Assembly (NCBI GenBank): GCA_030141605.1
Contig: JAQGDQ010002366.1
Span: 318,660 to 382,659, forward strand
Source: Tubiluchus corallicola
Taxonomy: Eukaryota > Animalia > Priapulida
Length of the DNA: 64,000 nucleotides
Direction: 5' to 3'
The position numbers were made by a program, and so were the translations under genes. Under the pieces are notes generated by a model. It did not search any database, was not told where the DNA came from, and saw only the letters and a list, made by a program, of their open reading frames with translations. Within the stretch, counting starts at the first letter, position 1, and each line of letters begins with the position of its first letter. Of the stretch, positions 35,739 to 64,000 are shown in pieces.

Positions 35739-37069
35739 ATTGTTCAACTTCACCACATGTAAAATTTCAACTTGTGTGGTTCTTGAATCACAATTTCATT
35801 TGTCCTTTAATCTAGCTATAACAGTGCCCTGTGTCCAAGTTAACGTACTTTGTTTTCGTTGATACAACAAGCAAATATCTTTACGTCATTATCAACTAAA
35901 GCTTGGCTACTATTTTATTTTTTCCTAAACCAGTCCTGTTTGTTGGTTCCATTTGACTGGATGCAATTACAGCGTCGCATCATGCATGGTCTCTATAGAA
36001 AATATAATAATCTACTATAAATTAATCTAACCTAGTTGCTGATGGGATGTCCGATTATTATAATAGCGGGAGAATTTGTTCTCAACCCGTAATGCAGTAG
36101 ACATTGTACGCCTCGGTAGCTTGGCAACTTGATGCAAGGTATGATGTGTTTTGATGATTTCGAGCCACATCGCGTAACTGTTTATTGTTAAAAAAGCAAA
36201 AAAACATAACCAGCGTTAGTGTGTGAGATACATACATATAAAAAATAAGACCCACGTCGGTAATCCATGGTTTTACTAAATAACACCTAAAGCCAATTTA
36301 TATTTTTAGCACTTAAAATTCGTCCTTGACATTTCACGTTTTGAATCTGTCAAATTATGTCTGAAAGTCCCTTGTAATAGTGCATTGTGACTACATAATC
36401 GGGCTACATTTTGCTAATAAATTAAGGTGTTGTTGTAAGAGTACTTTGTGACAGCACCAGGTTTTCCTAACTGACGACATGCCATACCTAAAATTTATTT
36501 TAATCTAAAATTTTCTTGCAAAAATATATTCTACATTCTAATTGCCAGATGCAATTTCATGTCCATAACCTTTGAAGTATCTAGATACCTAACAAAGGGA
36601 ACGTTCGATAAGAACATTTAGTAATTATTCGTTGTTCTTCTTTTTTTAACTTTCTCTGGAATATAATGTAGGGTGAAAGGCCGTTTTTTTCTAGATTGTA
36701 GTATTTTTATTAATTGCCTTATTAATATAAGTCTTGCCAGTATCATTAGGTGATGCGATGGTTATAAAACTATAATAAAAGCCATTGGAAACCAGTAGAA
36801 TTTCGTAGTGAGATTATTGTGCTCGATTTTATATACTGAACTGTGATGACTTTGCATATCTGCAAATGACGTTTGTTACAAGAATTTTATATAAGCTAAG
36901 TTAGTAAAACCTATAATAAAAATTTAACGTGAATAGTTCGACCGTAGCTAGTGTACAAGTGGATAACTTCTGGAAGAAATAAGTATTGTATCCACTATAC
37001 TATTATTACGTAGAGCAATCCACACAGAAAAGTGGATGGTAATCAAAATCATCAAAATAAAATTCTTAA

Positions 37070-37703
37070 AGGAAAACCGGACTCAATCTGTAGCTCAAAA
37101 CAATTTAATGTATATAATATTAAAAGGCAACATGCTATTTTTCAAGAATGGCTTACATAAAAGAAATATTAGCACAGAAACGCAATTTCGCGTTCGCGTG
37201 GCTACTTCTTCGCTGTTACACACGTTTTGTCATCCGCTGGTTAGACGGGCACTAGCGCCTGCATTTGGGAAACGCGTTGCACAAAAAACTGGTACGGCAC
37301 CTCTCATTTCAGAGGTGTTCGGTTGTGACATAGTGCACACGTGCGAAAGCCCATTCGTGAGCACAGCGGTAAACTTGAAATTTGAATTTTCATCGTAAAA
37401 TTTGCCGAGTTTTGTATATCACACTGAATGTTGTACAGCAGCACTGAACTTCGAATTTCGCTTTCGCACATACAACGCAAAAATGGATTTTTTGTATAAC
37501 ATGTTCATGGAATGTTTGTGCTGTTAAAAATTATGTTCAAGGGTTATGTCCTCATTAGTTGGACCTGCACGCTGTTAGTTAAGTTTTACCTCTTATTCAA
37601 TTATCAGAAACGCTTTGGATTATTATAGGTGTTAAAATATATGCTTTTTGTCGTAGTTCAAAATGAGGTATGATATGAAAAATCTTCCTGTTCCTGTTTT
37701 CCT
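37070..37703 (+). mobile_element. Kolobok-like non-autonomous element, family A copy 3 (best preserved, 634 bp)
   Basis: TTAA TSD on both sides; TIR AGGAAAACCGGA / AGGAAAACAGGA. Confidence 0.8.
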
Positions 37704-37855
37704 TTAAGTTTCTCAGTTATATTAGTGAATGATAATTGGATGTCTAGCTGCAACAAGCACAAGAATAATAGCAAGCGATTTATTTAATGTAATACTTTAT
37801 TTACGAACTAATTATTAGTAACAGACGGATGATAAAATTAAGTGCAGGTGTGTTA

Positions 37856-38517
37856 GTAAGCCGTTTTCGGTGTCCTAGAGCGCGACGAAACGCGACCCAA
37901 ACAGTTCCGTTCTTGTTCGACCCAAATCGCTGCTTTTCTGGATGTTCTTCTTGATAAGGGATGACTTGTTGAAAAAAGCTAAGGCTCCTTGAATTCGCAA
38001 GGGATCGTCAGGAAACTTCCCTTGAATATATTAGAATGAAATCCGTATCGACGGAGTTGAAAATTCGAACCACCGTTTTGAATTCAAATTGATGGCGAAA
38101 ACATTATTTTCCAAAAAGTCCAAGTGTCGTCAATTCACAACGAATCATCGTAAAAACTTTAGTGCAGGAATATAATAGAAAAATTCCGCATGAATTGAGG
38201 AGTCAATTTTTTCGATGTACCATTTTTAATTCAACTTGGTGGTGAAAACATCGTTTTCAAAAAAAGCCTAGGATTCCGCAATGACTAGTCATGAAACTTC
38301 TCCAATTCGCAACTGATCGTTGTGGAAATCTACAGAAATATTCTAGAACGAATTCTGCATCGTTTGACATATTCGGAGTTTTTTTGGATGCCTTCTGAAA
38401 TTGACGATGGCAGCATTGAAGTCATTTCTTACCCACGACCTCGAGTTCAACGAGTCTCCCGATCATAAGCTCGAGTTCAAATTGTTTTTGAAACATGATG
38501 ACACCGGGATAACTACG
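37856..38517. repeat. Repeat element with internal diverged tandem units of about 140 bp
   Basis: Recurrent AATTC(G/A)CAA.GA.CGT...AAACTT...TAGAA.GAA.TCCG.AT...AATTCAA.TTG.TGG.GAAAACAT units, with partial terminal inverted similarity (CGGTGTC / GACACCG). Confidence 0.5.
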
Positions 38518-39010
38518 AAAATTTGCGAAAAGTTAAATATCATCTGTATCAGATCATTTGGTTTATTTTCATAGTAAGCGTTTAAATCTGAAAGGTGTAT
38601 TCTTAGTCTATAGTTACTGAATTAAGCAAATTACGTTAACAACAGCAATTAGGCTAATGAGTCTAAGTAAAATCTATGCGTACGTACATTCCGTGCAGAT
38701 TATTCATTTTTACCAACAATAAAAACTTTATAATATTTGAGCAGTTACACATTAGATACAAATAAACACAACTCTTTTACGTGTAATGCAACATTAATAT
38801 GCGATCAAAACTTTCGTTGTGATAAAATAATGATAATTAATTCATATATCCTGTACAATTTTATCAAAAATATGTACGTTTACAGAGATGCTGCTTAGCA
38901 CGAAACTCGTATAAAGGCGATGATAATTGGAAGCATGGAGATTTTTCACGAAAGAACGGAAGCACGGGTAATTAACACGTGGAATGTTTAAGTGCCATGA
39001 GTAGATTCAT

Positions 39011-63500
<24,490 letters not shown>

Positions 63501-64000
63501 TATGATGTGTGCGTGACTGAGTTACACCATAAAATTTTCCACATTCACATTAGTCTGAAACATAATAGTAAAAAAGTATTACTAATTTACTAGTAAAACA
63601 ATGCAGAGACATAATGCAATATGAACTTCAAATGCTGTTAATGAAATGTAAAGCTAATGCGATGTTGTAACGCGTGCTTTTCAGCTAATCTTGGCCTCTA
63701 AAGACATTGCAATTTTATTGTCAAAGAAGCTCAGTCGTATATCTAGTTACTGTATACCAATAGCCAGTTGGTAATTTAGTTGCGTCTCTATGCCAGCATG
63801 AATAATCGGAAGAATCTTTAACACCAAACTTGTCACAGGGATAGCCAAAACACTCACTGCTTTTTGGCTCAGAAGGTCAAATTCAAAACCAAAAGGTCAC
63901 AAGATTAAAAAATGCCAAATACTTTTTTATCTAAAATAAATGAAGTACGTTTATCTTGCTTGTTTAAAAAATAAAACAAAATGCCGTTTAACACAATGCG

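Overview
This is AT-rich, intron-containing animal DNA, not prokaryotic. It is probably from a non-insect invertebrate (lophotrochozoan-like by inference: vault gene, a U12 intron, CR1/L2/Kolobok/piggyBac elements). Four protein-coding genes can be reconstructed by hand. (1) The 5' end of major vault protein (MVP, minus strand), which runs off the left edge. (2) A complete GPN-loop GTPase GPN1 with 10 coding exons (plus strand, 17219-31482, about 385 aa), containing one U12-type (minor spliceosome) intron and one GC-AG intron. (3) An uncharacterised 4-exon secreted protein (minus strand, 35738-31860, about 345 aa) with a signal peptide, two six-Cys helical domains, a Ser/Thr-rich linker and a hydrophobic tail; it lies tail-to-tail with GPN1. 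(4) A 3-coding-exon UNC-93-like MFS membrane protein (minus strand, 63500-39011, about 671 aa) with an 18 kb intron and a long N-terminal tail carrying repeated RKYS/RKLS motifs. Introns and intergenic DNA hold decayed LINEs, nested DNA transposons with traceable TIRs and TSDs, SINE remnants, a 36-bp minisatellite and long microsatellites. There is no CRISPR array or prokaryotic system, and most short ORFs in the track are spurious. All exon models were read manually from splice signals and remembered homology; none has been checked against transcripts or databases.
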